Below are positions 1-11,408 of a DNA stretch of 64,000 bases, one piece after another (position 1 is the first letter of the stretch; every line of letters starts with the position of its first letter). The stretch covers positions 136,004 through 200,003 of the forward strand of contig NW_005434549.1 of assembly GCF_000315625.1 (NCBI RefSeq), read 5' to 3'. The position numbers were made by a program, and so were the translations under genes. The stretch is from Guillardia theta CCMP2712 (lineage: Eukaryota; Protista; Cryptophyta). The notes under the pieces are model-generated. The model saw only the letters and a program-made list of their open reading frames with translations, did no database searches and was not told the DNA's origin.

Positions 1-740
1 TTGGGTGCTGGGTATGAGGCATACATGTAGTACGCCTCCCCGTAGACGTAGTTCTGGTCGACTTCCTGCACAAACATCTGGATCCTGGATGATGGACCAT
101 GGCCAGGGTTGAAGACAACTGTTCCACTGTCCACTCCTGCTGTTCCTACGACATCCACCACGTCGCCTCCCTGCACTGTCCTGAACTCGGCGGTCCTGCT
201 CCACCGCATTGGTATCACAAACTTCACCACGTTCCCCATCTCCTGACTGTATCTAATCGTTGCATATTGCAGCTCTGACGCTGTTACGGGCTTGAAGACA
301 CAAATGAATATAAACATGTAAGTAAGAAGTAAGAATGATGAGCTCCTCGCTCGAAAGTCCAAGCCTCTATTGCTGGTTACGCTGCTTCCCCTACCATGCG
401 ATAGTATGCCTAAGGAGTTGCCCATGTCATCCATGGCATCGCAACTATCGCAGGGATCTGTGAGTCTTGTTGCTCTTGTTCTGATCCTCTCAGACGCGTC
501 GCAGTGCATTCCAGAGCCTCGTCGCTCTCTTAAACCGTCATCGTCCGAGAGGAGGTAACGTAGGTCACGGTGCGGGGCTCCAGAAGAAGGAAATGCTTGC
601 GACTGTGAGGAGGCAGAGGAGGCAGAGGAGGCAGAGGAGGCAGAGGAGGAGGAGACTTGGAGACTCTCGAGGAGGATGCTTCTCTCTCCTGGACCAGCAG
701 GAGCTGCATGGCGAACCTCTCGCCGCCTCCGCCCTGCCAT
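1..740 (-). CDS. Partial gene (runs off left edge): probable secreted or surface protein
   Basis: Manual translation gives a stop-free minus-strand frame from ATG 740 to the window edge (246 codons; absent from the ORF track because it has no stop): MAGRRRREV...SSSFLLLTYMFIFICVFKPVTASELQYATIRYSQEMGNVVKFVIPMRWSRTAEF...QEVDQNYVYGEAYYMYASYPAP. A hydrophobic signal/anchor segment is followed by a beta-rich region. The true start may be a downstream ATG. Confidence 0.65.
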   Translation of the reverse strand, partial: MAGRRRREVRHAAPAGPGERSILLESLQVSSSSASSASSASSASSQSQAFPSSGAPHRDLRYLLSDDDGLRERRGSGMHCDASERIRTRATRLTDPCDSCDAMDDMGNSLGILSHGRGSSVTSNRGLDFRARSSSFLLLTYMFIFICVFKPVTASELQYATIRYSQEMGNVVKFVIPMRWSRTAEFRTVQGGDVVDVVGTAGVDSGTVVFNPGHGPSSRIQMFVQEVDQNYVYGEAYYMYASYPAP

Positions 741-1210
741 GGCCTTTCGAGATAGGGGGCAGGTCCAATCTCCTGTAGGGAGAAAAGAGGGTAGTCATTG
801 AATTTGGTGGGTAGGGGTATTGAGAGTACCCCTGATTTGTTTTTAACTATGACATATGGGGTACAATTCAAGGGCAATTGGGGGTGAAACATGGGAAATG
901 TGGTGTTCAATGGGGTGGGTACATCAAGTTAAGGGGTACCGGGATGCGAGACTCTAATCAGTCCCAGAGGTAATTGGGGGTAGTCAATCCTTCTGATCCG
1001 CCAATGATGGCTGACCGTATGGTATTTGGCCGCCGGTACCGGTCCCGGGCCTCAGTGATGACATGCACGTGCAACCCGCCTCAGAGACTGTCCTATTTTG
1101 TGAGCGACAGCATTGACAGGAGAGGAGGAGAGGAGGGAGAGGGAGAGGGAGAGGAGAGGAGAAGACAGACAGAGGATTGAAGCTATACAGCTGTGAAGAA
1201 GGTACGGAGA

Positions 1211-3211
1211 ATGGGGCGCGAGTCAGGAAGGAGGAGGGCTCGTAGAGAGATCGTCTACCACATGCACAAGAACGGTGTGAGCATGGAGGGCAGAAGGGAG
1301 ATGACGGAGCAGGAGGTGGAATACTTCATGGAGGCCATCAACATGGGGCAGAAACAGAAGTTCGGCCTTGTTAAGCTCAGCCAGCTCAACCTCGATGCAC
1401 TCGTTCCCTCCCCTGCGGACCTCCCCTGGCACCCCAGGACAACGCTCCTGGCCTACGCAGCCTGGAAGAAGAAGGATGGGGTGACTGGTGCTCTGCTGCG
1501 TGCAGGAGCGGACGCGAGTGTGCGGCATGACGAGCAGAGCGAGGAGAGGAGAGGCGACTCGTCTCAGATGTCCCGGGAATGTCTGGCGAAGGTGCAGGCG
1601 AGGACGGCAGTGTGGATTGTGAACGAGGTGGTTCGAATGCGAGCGAACATGGCGGCGGCGGAGGAGAGGCTGAGGGCCGAGGGCTGGGCATGCGCAGACT
1701 GCTCGAGTAGAGACGCCTGCTCCGTCCTCTGCTCCGAGTGTAAGAGAGTCACGTGCGAAATCTGCCTATGGGCCCGCTTGTCACGTGACTCCCACAGCTT
1801 CTGCGCGTGCGGGAGGGGAGACGTAGTGGAGCAGGTGCTGGCGGGCATGGGGGAGGAGCAAGATGGCAGCTCGATGGAGAGGAAGAGAGCCTCGTACGAG
1901 AGGTGGAGAGAACTACCAGGCAACCTGCCCTCCAAGGAGGAAGGCAAGCTGCAGCAGCTCAAGATCCCTTTCTTCCGTGCGATGCCCGAGGAGGAGGTGG
2001 CGAGGTTTTTCGTAGGAGCGACGAGGGGGCAGAGGATGAAGGAGCTGTGGAAGGCGAGCGTGAAGGGAGACGTGCTGCGACTGCGAGCTCTCGTCGACGT
2101 TGGTGTCGACGTGGATGGAAGAAACGAGTATGCCTTACTCCTGCTCCTGCTACACTGCTCCTCCTCCTCCTCCTCTTGTCCACTGCTTTTATCTTTCTTG
2201 TACGTCACTCGGTTTTCATTCTCGTCCGTTGTCTTCTCATGATATCTCATAATGTTGCTGCAGCAATTTTCTTTCATCATCTTGTTTCGTACGATCAGCT
2301 CACTGAACGTTCCTCCTGAATGTCAACTTGTCTTGTGTTGCAATGATCTGATCTCATCATTCCTCTCCTCTCTGCTCCCCATTCTCTATCTTCCTCCTGT
2401 CCTGTCCTGTCCTGTCATGTCATGTACCTTCGTCCTGTCCCGTCCCCCTTCTCTACCTCGTCTCCTCTCCTCTCCTGCTCCCTCACTGCCCCAACGTTTT
2501 ACAGGTACGGACAGACGGCATTGTTCATGACAGCGATGGCGGGTCATGCGGATGCTTTCAAGCTCTTGTACATCTGGGCAGGAGCAGACGAAACGCTCGC
2601 TGCCAACGGTGGGAGCACGTGCCAGCGGGTAGCGGCAGCGCGCCAGCATCGCTCCGTCCTCCAGGTCATGAAGGACTGCAAGGTCAAGGACATGGCAAGG
2701 TCGCTGGATTGTCTCCTCCTTGAGCAAGAGAAAGTTCGTACAGACTGGCTCAACGAACTCGTGCTCCCCCACTCCTCGTCCTCTTCCTCCTCCCCGTCAT
2801 CCTCCGCCTCCTCCTTCTCATCCTCAGTGCAACTGCTCATTGGTGACAGCGTCGACCATCCTGGAGCCGGCAGCTTCTTGCTCGACGAGTTGTTTCCTCC
2901 CCTTTTCCTCGACAGGCTGGAGAAACTTTGGGAGTCGCTGGACAGGACAGGAATGGTGGAGCCGGAGGGAGGAGGAGCAGAGAAAGGAGGAGCAGATTCG
3001 GAGGAGAAGATCTTTGGGGACAAAGAGGCAGCAGCAGAGTTTGCTTACAACAGAACATGCGGTCTTCAGAGATCTTACTTCTGCGATGACGAGGGATGGG
3101 TGAAGTGAGCTTGTCTTGCATGTTCTGTCGACCTCCCTCTGACTCTCCCTTTCCTCCTTGTCCTGGTCTTTTTTGCCCCACTCCTCCTCCTCCTCCTCCT
3201 CCTCCTCCTCC

Positions 3212-3261
<50 letters not shown>

Positions 3262-4772
3262 CTCCTCAGGTTTGGGATAGAAAGCGCTCTTAAGCGGGTG
3301 TATCAAGACGGTCTCATCGCAGGCTGGTGGCCGCGAGGTCTCTCGAGCTTCTCCTCGTCGCTGCTCACTGGACGGCAGGTGGAGGGCCGGAGGTTCTGCC
3401 CTACATGCGCTTCCTCTTCTACCCCCAGCCGGGCGGGTGAGTTCTACAGCTCCCCGTGACTAAGAGGAGTGGAAGAGAGGAAAGGAGCAAGGGGGGAGGG
3501 AGGGAGGGGGGGGGGGCAGGAGGGAGGGCAAGAGGGGAGGGAAAAGAGGAGTAAGGAAGGGGAGGAGCCAGGGGGGGAATTTAGGACCTCCCTCACCCCT
3601 ACTAATTCCAGATGACAAGACCCCTACCAATCCCCCACATGACCGCCGGAAAAAGTTCTTTCACCCATATTATAACATTTGGGATCCCGTTATCGTCACT
3701 GTCTCCCTCGAAACTCTTCGGGGATCTTGGGCCACAGGAGGACAGGTCCCAAAAGACACCTGGGCATCAGGTCTTACCCCCTCATGGAACCCCTCTCTTC
3801 TTACCCCATCCTTTCCCTTCCGATGTCATCTTCCTCCGCCACCCCTTTTATCCTTTCGTTGTATTGACGGACTTGNNNNNNNNNNNNNNNNNNNNNNNNN
3901 NNNNNNNNNNNNNNNNNNNNNNNNNNNNNNNNNNNNNNNNNNNNNNNNNNNNNNNNNNNNNNNNNNNNNNNNNNNGAGGTCTTTCCCTCCCCACGGACTC
4001 CCCTCCTTCCCTGCCCTCGCCTTTCCACGCCTGTCCTCCTCTCCTCCTCTCCTCCTCTCCTCCTCTCCTCCTCTCCTCCTCTCCTCCTCTCCTCCTCTCC
4101 TCTCTTCCCCCAACTCCCTTTCCTTCCTCCTTTCTCTCTTCGTCTCCTTTCCATCCTCCCCTGATCTCCCTCTCTCCTCTTCCCACTTCCGTTTCCCTTT
4201 CCTTCCTCCTTTCTCCTCTTCTCGCACCTCTCGTTTCACCTGTCCTTTTCGCAGTCGCCCCCAGCCTGACTTTCCACAGAGAAATTCGACGAGGACATTC
4301 CTGCTGTACCTCTCTGGGTGCGGCGAAGGAGGAGAGACGGTGAGAAGGAGAGGAGGAGGATGTTGAAGGGAGCACGAGGAGGGAGCAAGCAAGGGAGGAG
4401 GGAGTGGATCGGGGGGGTAACGGAAGTTCTAGGTGCTCCTCGAGCGGGAAGGACGGAACGTTCCGACGAGTGGGGAAATCCTTGGGACAGCAAAGCCGAT
4501 GAGGTGAGGGGGAATGGAGAGAAAGAGGAGGGGAAGCAGGAGGGGAAGCAGGAGGCCGCAGGAGAGTGGAGGTGGGTGGCTGAGAAGAAGACAAGAGAGG
4601 AAGCGAGCGAGCGAGGGGCGGGAGGAGGAGGACCTGAGGGAGGACCTGAGGGAGGAGGCTCTGATTGTCTCCACGCAGAGGTCGACTCCTGGTTTTTCCT
4701 CATGTCTGTCCGCATGCTGGGCTGCCAGTGATCGATGCGCCCAAGCTGCTGCTGCGAGGAGAGCTCTACTGA
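1211..4772 (+). CDS. Multi-exon ankyrin-repeat / Cys-rich Zn-finger / prolyl-4-hydroxylase-like 2OG-Fe(II) dioxygenase
   Basis: Exon 1 ends at 2127 and exon 2 starts at 2505, joining into an ankyrin repeat (DGRNE|YGQTALFMTAMAGH). Cys cluster CADC..CSEC..CEIC..CAC. Later exons: 3379-3436 (EVLPYMRFLFYPQPGG), 4280-4339 (STRTFLLYLSGCGEGGET), 4433-4503 and 4679-4772 (RGRLLVFPHVCPHAGLPVIDAPKLLLRGELY*). These match the P4Hc/2OG-Fe(II) pattern. The HxD exon is not visible and probably lies in the N gap. Confidence 0.8.
3876..3975. other. Assembly gap (100 N)
   Basis: Run of n within polypyrimidine-rich intronic sequence. Confidence 1.
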
Positions 4773-5494
4773 AGAACAAGGAGAGAAGAAGAGAGATGGG
4801 AGGGGGTGCAGGACAGGACAGGACAGGACAGGACAGGACAAAATAGGGAGAGGAGGGGAGAGGGAAGAAGAAGAGCGGGAAGGGACTTACATAGCAGGAG
4901 CTGGCAAAGTACAAAAAGAAAAGTTGATGGTGGTTGTGGATGGAACCATGAAGACCGTAGTAGATCGATGTAACGAATGACAAACTTTGTTTACTAAATA
5001 TTAGGAACACTGTAAGAAAGAAAGACACAAACATGCGACGACACAAGCTGAAGATCTCAAGGACATAAAACATCATCTTCAGTTCGTCGTTCAATCTTCC
5101 CAATCATCATCATCATCTCTCACTTCAACTGGAAGACAAGCAGAGTACATCATCATGTAAACAAACATCTACATCTTAAACTCATCTTTTACCGATAGAC
5201 CCACTCCTCATAGATACCCTTATAGATAGTCGTCTCTTCCCGATCCCGGGGAAAACTGTTGAATGCATACCCACGAAATTAGTTCCGCTTCTGCGATTTT
5301 TCTTGTTTTTTTTGAAATTTCCTCTGCCTTTTTGTGTAGTTTTTCGTTTGAAAATTGACAACCTTGGAAAACCCTTCCTCATGATATCCATACATACTTG
5401 TTGACAAGATAGCAACATTATACCTTCACATCTCAGAGAGTCAAGCCCCATCCTTCTCCTCCTTCCACCGTCTCCTCCTCCTTCCTCCACCACA

Positions 5495-8400
5495 TCATCT
5501 GCCGCCATAGCTCCCCGAAGGCAGCCCAGTGTCAAGTGTCCCGAACCCGCTGTTGCTGGAGCCGTCAACAGCGCTGAACATGGAGTCGCCGAGGTAGCCA
5601 TGATTGTCGTACTGACCCGAGGGAAGGAAGTCCGTGCTAGGCATGGAGGACATCCAGCCGCTCTGATCTGCCACGTTCCATCCTTCATTGGGCAAGCCCT
5701 GTCGCTGCATGGCGTAGAAGGGAGGCATGTTGTTCATAGGCATTCCCCCGTTGTACGAGCCCATCTCAAGCTGCTCCCCGTCATGCAAGCTCGGCTGGAA
5801 GAACTGCCAAGAACGTTCAGCTGCTGCTGTCTCCCACTCCTCCTCCCCGCCTCCAGCTCTACGTCCATCCTCCCTCCTCCCTCACCTGGTTCTCGGCATT
5901 GCCCATCATGCCGTTGAGGAGAGGACGCTGTTCCATCCCCATGGTCTGCCAACTTACGTCAACTTTGTTTCCACCTGCTCTCCTCCTCCAAGACCTGGAG
6001 CTGCTGCTGCTGCTGCTGCTGATCGATCAGTTTGCCCTGCGTCGAGAGCATATAGGCGACGCTGTTGGGCTTGCGAAGTTCATCGTCGCCATGGGCAAAC
6101 CAGCATCTGAAAAGATGGTTAGGAGAATGTGTACAAGAAAGATCCCTCACTTTGCGCCTCGCGGGCAGTTGGGCCAAAATTTGCACATTTTGGTCTAGCA
6201 GGAGAGAGTCTTAACAAGAACAGCAGAAAGCAGAAGAAAGCCAACAGCATGTTGGTTGCAGAGCAGAAATTTTCATCCTCCTTCTCGATCAAACAAGGCA
6301 CCCACAGACAAGCAGCGACTTGATTCGCACCTTGAACAACCAGGGCTCCTTGTTCGGCTCAATGATCTGCGATTTCCCAGCCATGGAAGACCCACCGAAT
6401 CCCTGAGACAGCAAGACTGTCAGCACGACTCTCGTTGACCGCAGCTGCGTTTCTCACATATGGTCCGTTAACGCCAACATTGAAGTTGTTCCCTAACAGA
6501 CGTTGAGAATGTCGAAGATCAGACAGAATAACAAACGATACCTCCTGATATGTTAGCGTGGAAGCTACGAAGACTTTCTTCGATCTGCGAAATGGAGAAC
6601 CTGACAAACAGGAGAAATTACATCTTCGCATCATCATCTTCTCGCTCCCTCACCCCATGTTGGACATGCGATCAATGAACTGATTAATCTCTTCATTGTT
6701 CTCTCCCGCAAAGAACTGGTTCAGACTTTCCGCTGTAGCAAGGGGAGCAAGACCAGCCGAGCTGGCAGGCGATCTGAAGAAAAACCTTAAGCTGACGAAT
6801 GATAATGCTTTGTTCCTCCTACCCTCCTCCTTGAAGAGCGACCGGAGAGTCGGTTCCGTTAATGAGGTAGATTTGAGTTGCGTTCAGTTTGCCCGTGAAA
6901 GGATTCCGCACGACTAGGAACTCGACTTCATCTCCGGCCATGAGAAGACGGTTAGCTCGGACCTATAAACAAGGATGTCACTGGTTTGTAGCAAAGGTAG
7001 TGAGACTTGAACCTCGCTGCCATGATAGAACAAATCTTCAGCATGAGATGCTGACTGGATGAAGCCATAACTCTCCTTCACCCACTTGACGATTCCCATC
7101 TCTCTGTTGCCGCGAATCGATGCGACGATCTGCTTGCCGTTCTGCTGAACCTGACAACACCATCAATGAGCAACCTGCTGGTTAACAGCAGGGCCGATGA
7201 TAGTGAACCATGTGCGAGTGTTAGGTTATAGTGGTGAGCGGATGGGATATAGAGGGTTAGAGGAGGTCTGGTCTTTCTTGATACCTGCACGAGCCCCGCC
7301 TGTGCAGCCTCATTGATGTAGTCAGCTACGCTGTTCACCCCGAGCCGAGTTTGCCAGTCGGGCACGAGAGACGCAAGCTTCTGTGAGATCAGCTCGACGT
7401 CCATCTCCTTCACCTGCGCCGCGAGGTCAACAAATTTGGCTGAGGGCCCGCAAGCTTACGTTAGTCGCCACTAAATGATCGCGGAGGATCTGAACCAGCG
7501 GAGAAAACCTTGCCTAACGGGAAGTGAGCGAGGAGGGAGAGAAAGATCCTTTATCACCTGCTCGTGCGAGCGTCGTCCGTTACTCTGCGGTCCGAACTGC
7601 CCGAGGCCGAATGCAGGATTCATATTCATACCTACAAAGTCTTGTCAACGCCCTGCGACTGGGTGAAGGGAACTTCACCTGGTAGAGCTCCTGGCTGCTG
7701 AGGCTGCATGCCCGGCATGAGGTTCTGCTGTTGCATCATGAACTGCCGAGCGAGAGGCTGCATTGACGCCCAGTTTGCGTTGTTGTTCGCCGGAATGTTG
7801 TTTGGAAGGAACCCTGGGTTCGGAACCTGATTGAAGTCTGTCAAGCGATGTCGTCCTGTACCGCGTCAACGTTCGACCTGGTTGCCCGAGATTTGCCCTG
7901 GGATCTGAGTAGCGGCGAGCATTCGCTGAACCTGCTCGTTCCACATCTGCTGCAGCGATCAGGGGAGGGACAAGGCAAGTGTTGACCGGCACCTGCAGCT
8001 GCTGCCCGTTGAGCGGCGGCATGTCCATCACTCCGCCATTCCCGGGCTGCATGTCACCTTGGGGTCTGAGGTTCATGTTGTCATGGAGGTGGAGGTTCTG
8101 GTAGACAATGTCAGCGGAGAAAAGGCAAGAAGGAGGAACAGACCATCTGGTTCCCGTTATTGTTCTCCTGCTGACCCACCACAGCATTCCTGGCTACCTC
8201 GTGGTCCATCCCCTTTCCTCGTAGAGACATCTGAGACATGGATGACATCATGTTGTTCATGTTGGCATGGTCCACGCTAAGGAAAACTTTCATTCTCTCG
8301 CAGTACGATATGCCATACACGACCTGGTATCGGGCTTTACAGCCCCGTGATCGTTCTCATCGCCCAGCACATCGAGCACGTTTCTGCGGAACAATTCCTC

Positions 8401-8939
8401 CATGTGATCGACCTCTCCTGCTTCTTCCTGCTGACCATTCATATTTCGGCCTCTTCCTTGTGGGGCTTTCAAGGAAAGTCACTCCTAACATCAGGCGCAT
8501 TCAAAGTGTCCAGCTCACCATCCTCTGCGCATCGAATTACAAGCTTGTCTCCTGCCATGATCTCATCCAATTCTTCCAAGATTGTTCCTCCATCAAGAGT
8601 CTCCACGCTGATGATTCGATTTACATTGAATTTCCTAGAGACAGCCTGTGCCAAACAAGTCAAAAGCAAATTTCTCTTTCGCGCGCTCATCACATTCAGA
8701 AACTCTTGCCAAGTATCTGGAACAATCAAAGCTTTCCCCTGTTCATTCGCTTGGAGGGGAGCATCCGGAGCGCACTTATACACCGTCACTCTCATCTTCT
8801 CAGTAGAGCTCAGGCGGCCTCTTGGAGGCGTGTTGGTTGGCCTCGCGCGCTGAACTGACGAACCAGCCGGCTCCTTGGCCGTGCTCACACCTATTTTCAT
8901 TCCATTCGCAGCACCTCTTCCTGCACTTTTCATTTTCAT
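5495..8939 (-). CDS. Multi-exon RNA-binding protein: KHA/DCX-like + N/Q/M-rich + LOTUS(OST-HTH)-like + cold-shock + UBA-like + CCCH Zn finger
   Basis: Spliced fragments: RVTVY..GKALIVPDTWQEFLN|AVSRKFNVNRIISVETLDGGTILEELDEIMAGDKLVI (~8800-8530); FSPLVQILRDHL..ELISQKLASLVPDWQTRLGVNSVADYINEAAQAGLVQ (~7510-7285); GIVKWVKESYGFIQSASHAEDLFYHGSEV..GDEVEF..RNPFTGKLNATQI (CSD, ~7100-6865); INQFIDRMSNMG|FSISQIEESLR (UBA-like); LFK|TKMCKFWPNCPRGAK|CWFAHGDDELR (CCCH, ~6340-6070); last exon ends at stop 5495. Most junctions are in-frame GT-AG introns of about 45-55 nt. Confidence 0.75.
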
Positions 8940-9699
8940 GCGCTCTATGGTTGACTTCCTGAACTGGAGAAAGAGGACGAACCGCGGCCACCGGAGAGGT
9001 TCCAAGATCTCTGGAGAATATCCAAGATCGCTGGAATATGGAAAGCTCTGGGAACAGGATGTTGTCAGAGGCTTGCCAACTTTGATCGACATGCTCCGAG
9101 CATTTATCTGCGTTACACAGAAACATCTTCTCTATCCTAATACAATGTTGACTGTCGATACACAGGCCTTGTGAGGACTAGCAACAAAAATGAACTTGAT
9201 CAATTATATGATTGATTTGCCTTGTCTGCCATTTCCGTGCTTTCAGGTTGGATCGATTCAATATCTAAGGGTGTGGCAATAAGGATCCAAACACTTAGAG
9301 ATGGTGAAATACAACAGAACATCTAGGTGATCAATGTCTTCAGAAGCAACTGCTTTCAATCTTAGGCACTGGGAGAAAAATGCAGTGGCATGAATGATGC
9401 ATGAAGGTTTGAGTGACATAAACTCATCAGTGAGGGTTGAGGTAAAATTGAAGAACAGTTGCAAGTTCAGCTACAAGAAACGGAGCAGCAATCTTAATGA
9501 AAAACTTCCTACTGACAAAATTTGAACCAGTCAACCGCATGATTTCTACACTGTTGTTGGAGAGTATTGGCACAAGAACGGCAGGTAAGGCAATGGAGGG
9601 ATAAACTGCGATGGGAAAGAGCACGAGGATAAGCAAAAGATCAGCATAGCGCAGTCAGATGGGCAACTAAGAGCATGAAGGGCACGTGGTAGCGGCGGA

Positions 9700-10520
9700 G
9701 GCGGCGGCGGAAGGGGATTGACGCTTGAGCAGGGTAGGTGGGGTGCTTCAAAGCATTGAATAGGGGGTGGTCTTTGTCCTAGGCAGTGTTGAGGTAGGGG
9801 TCCTAGAAACTTTATAGCGAAACCACTGCCAATAGATATGTAGGAGCGGGTCAACCCGGAAGGGGTAGTGTGAATCAATGGAAATGGAGAGAGAGGTGGG
9901 TAGTGCTGGGTGAAACAGGGGGTTGTCAAACATTAATATCTACAGACATAGGGTGGGTCATGCCGCAGTGCAGCCCGAGTAATTTGGTCATAATCGTCGA
10001 TGCAAATGGGGTGGGTAGTGTTATTACCTTTCAACATCAAGGCCTTTCAAGGGGGGTGGGGTACAAAGTTCAAAAAGTACCCGTCCTAAAATGCGGTCAA
10101 TACACGGTGGTCACGGAGGGGGTCACCACGGTACCTCCTGTGCCATGGGCTAAGAAACTTGAAAGGGGGTCGTCAACGGGGTGACCAGGGAGGGACTTTC
10201 AAAATGAGTCTAGTAAGGGGGGTCCTCAGTCTGAAAGGGTGGGGTCCTTGGGCTCAATACCTGCTGCTAGGAGGGGTGAAGGCTCCTATGTTATAATGGC
10301 CGCGCCCTATGAAGGTGGTACCAAGGTAGCAATAGGTGGGTACCATCATCTTACCGGGCGGCAGTGGCAGGGGGGTACCACCGGTGGTCGTAGCGGAATG
10401 CAACAGAGCTAAAATCAGTTTACTCTTTCGGCACAGAGGCTATTGAGTGACCCCCCATTTTGAGCGTTCAAAAGGGGGGTCCTGTTAGCTCGTGGAGTCG
10501 GGTAGTGACTCCATCAGGAG
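9700..10520. promoter_or_regulatory. GGGTA-rich island upstream of the CSD/CCCH gene
   Basis: Repeated ggggt/gggtggg/ggtacc words and no credible ORF. Similar patches lie upstream of other genes. Confidence 0.35.
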
Positions 10521-10725
10521 GCTTCAGTTTCAAGGGCCCGTTGAAATTCTTCTCTCACTTTTCAAACTTTTCCTATGACATCAACCAGACAGAGCCGCTC
10601 AAACAGTGACCTCTTGTGAAATCAGAAAGATTGAGGTAAAAGGTTTACTCAACTTGTCAATTGCCGTCCATTTTTCCGATCAGTTGACTAAACATTTTCT
10701 CAAAATGCGAACGAAAATAGATCGG

Positions 10726-11400
10726 CTCAGTGAGTCACAGGCTGAGTGACCGGGTGGCCCGTGAATCGGCTCTCACTGCCGTGGACCCCGGGACCCGGCG
10801 TGACGGTGAGCGGCCTCAGGCCCGTACTCCGCCGGGCAGGGACCATCCGATGATCCGGAGGCTGGCGGGCAGGCCACTGGCGGGGGCCGGGCCGGTGGCG
10901 GCGGCCGCACCGTCAGTGGCAAGGCCGCGGTTGGCCACAGGGCCAGCCTCAGGGCGGCGCAGTGCGTGGCCCGAGGCCGCCGCACTCCGAGGCTCGAGCC
11001 GCGTAGTACCGTCCGATCCCGAGGGCCGTACTAAGTACTCAAAACCACTCAGTGACTGCACTGCGGCAGGACCGTCGGCCGCCACCGCCGGCCCGGGCCT
11101 GACAGTCACGGCGGCGGTCGCCGAGTCGCACACCGTCACTGCTGCCCCCGGCAACTAACTAAGTTGGCAATCATGCCCTCGGCCGGCCGCACTGGCCCGG
11201 TCCTCCGGGCTCGAAGCTGATGTCTAAGTTTCGAAATATTTACATGCAAGCACTGTCATAACCGTGAAAGTCTCACTCACAACGGTGAGAGAGGTCGCGG
11301 ACTCGTCGTTGACTATGCCATGATGCCGCAGTGCATTCAACGCCGCCGCCCGGCGACCGGCCGGTAACCGTTGAACCTCGAGCTCTTAAAAGTGTCTACT
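10726..11400. repeat. GC-rich palindrome-rich intergenic island
   Basis: Dense ccgg/ggcc, ctcagtga, gtgac/gtcac, aactt/aagtt and gtac words. The same vocabulary recurs at 25860-26960, 28300-29170, 39330-39640, 44860-45170, 46680-46930 and 54400-55330. Confidence 0.65.
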
Positions 11401-11408
11401 TGCCGCCC

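Noticed and set aside
3096-4846. Poly-P/poly-E/GR-rich ORFs (also 20251-20784, 21803-22243, 46767-47237)
   Set aside because: Translations of intronic or intergenic simple repeats.
9200-9660. Possible small gene upstream of the CSD gene
   Set aside because: Only short ORFs, with no consistent splice path or motif.
10730-11158. ORFs within GC islands (also 26470-26959, 28425-29085, 54527-55278)
   Set aside because: A/P/R/G-rich, open in several frames on both strands because of GC content, with no domain signal.
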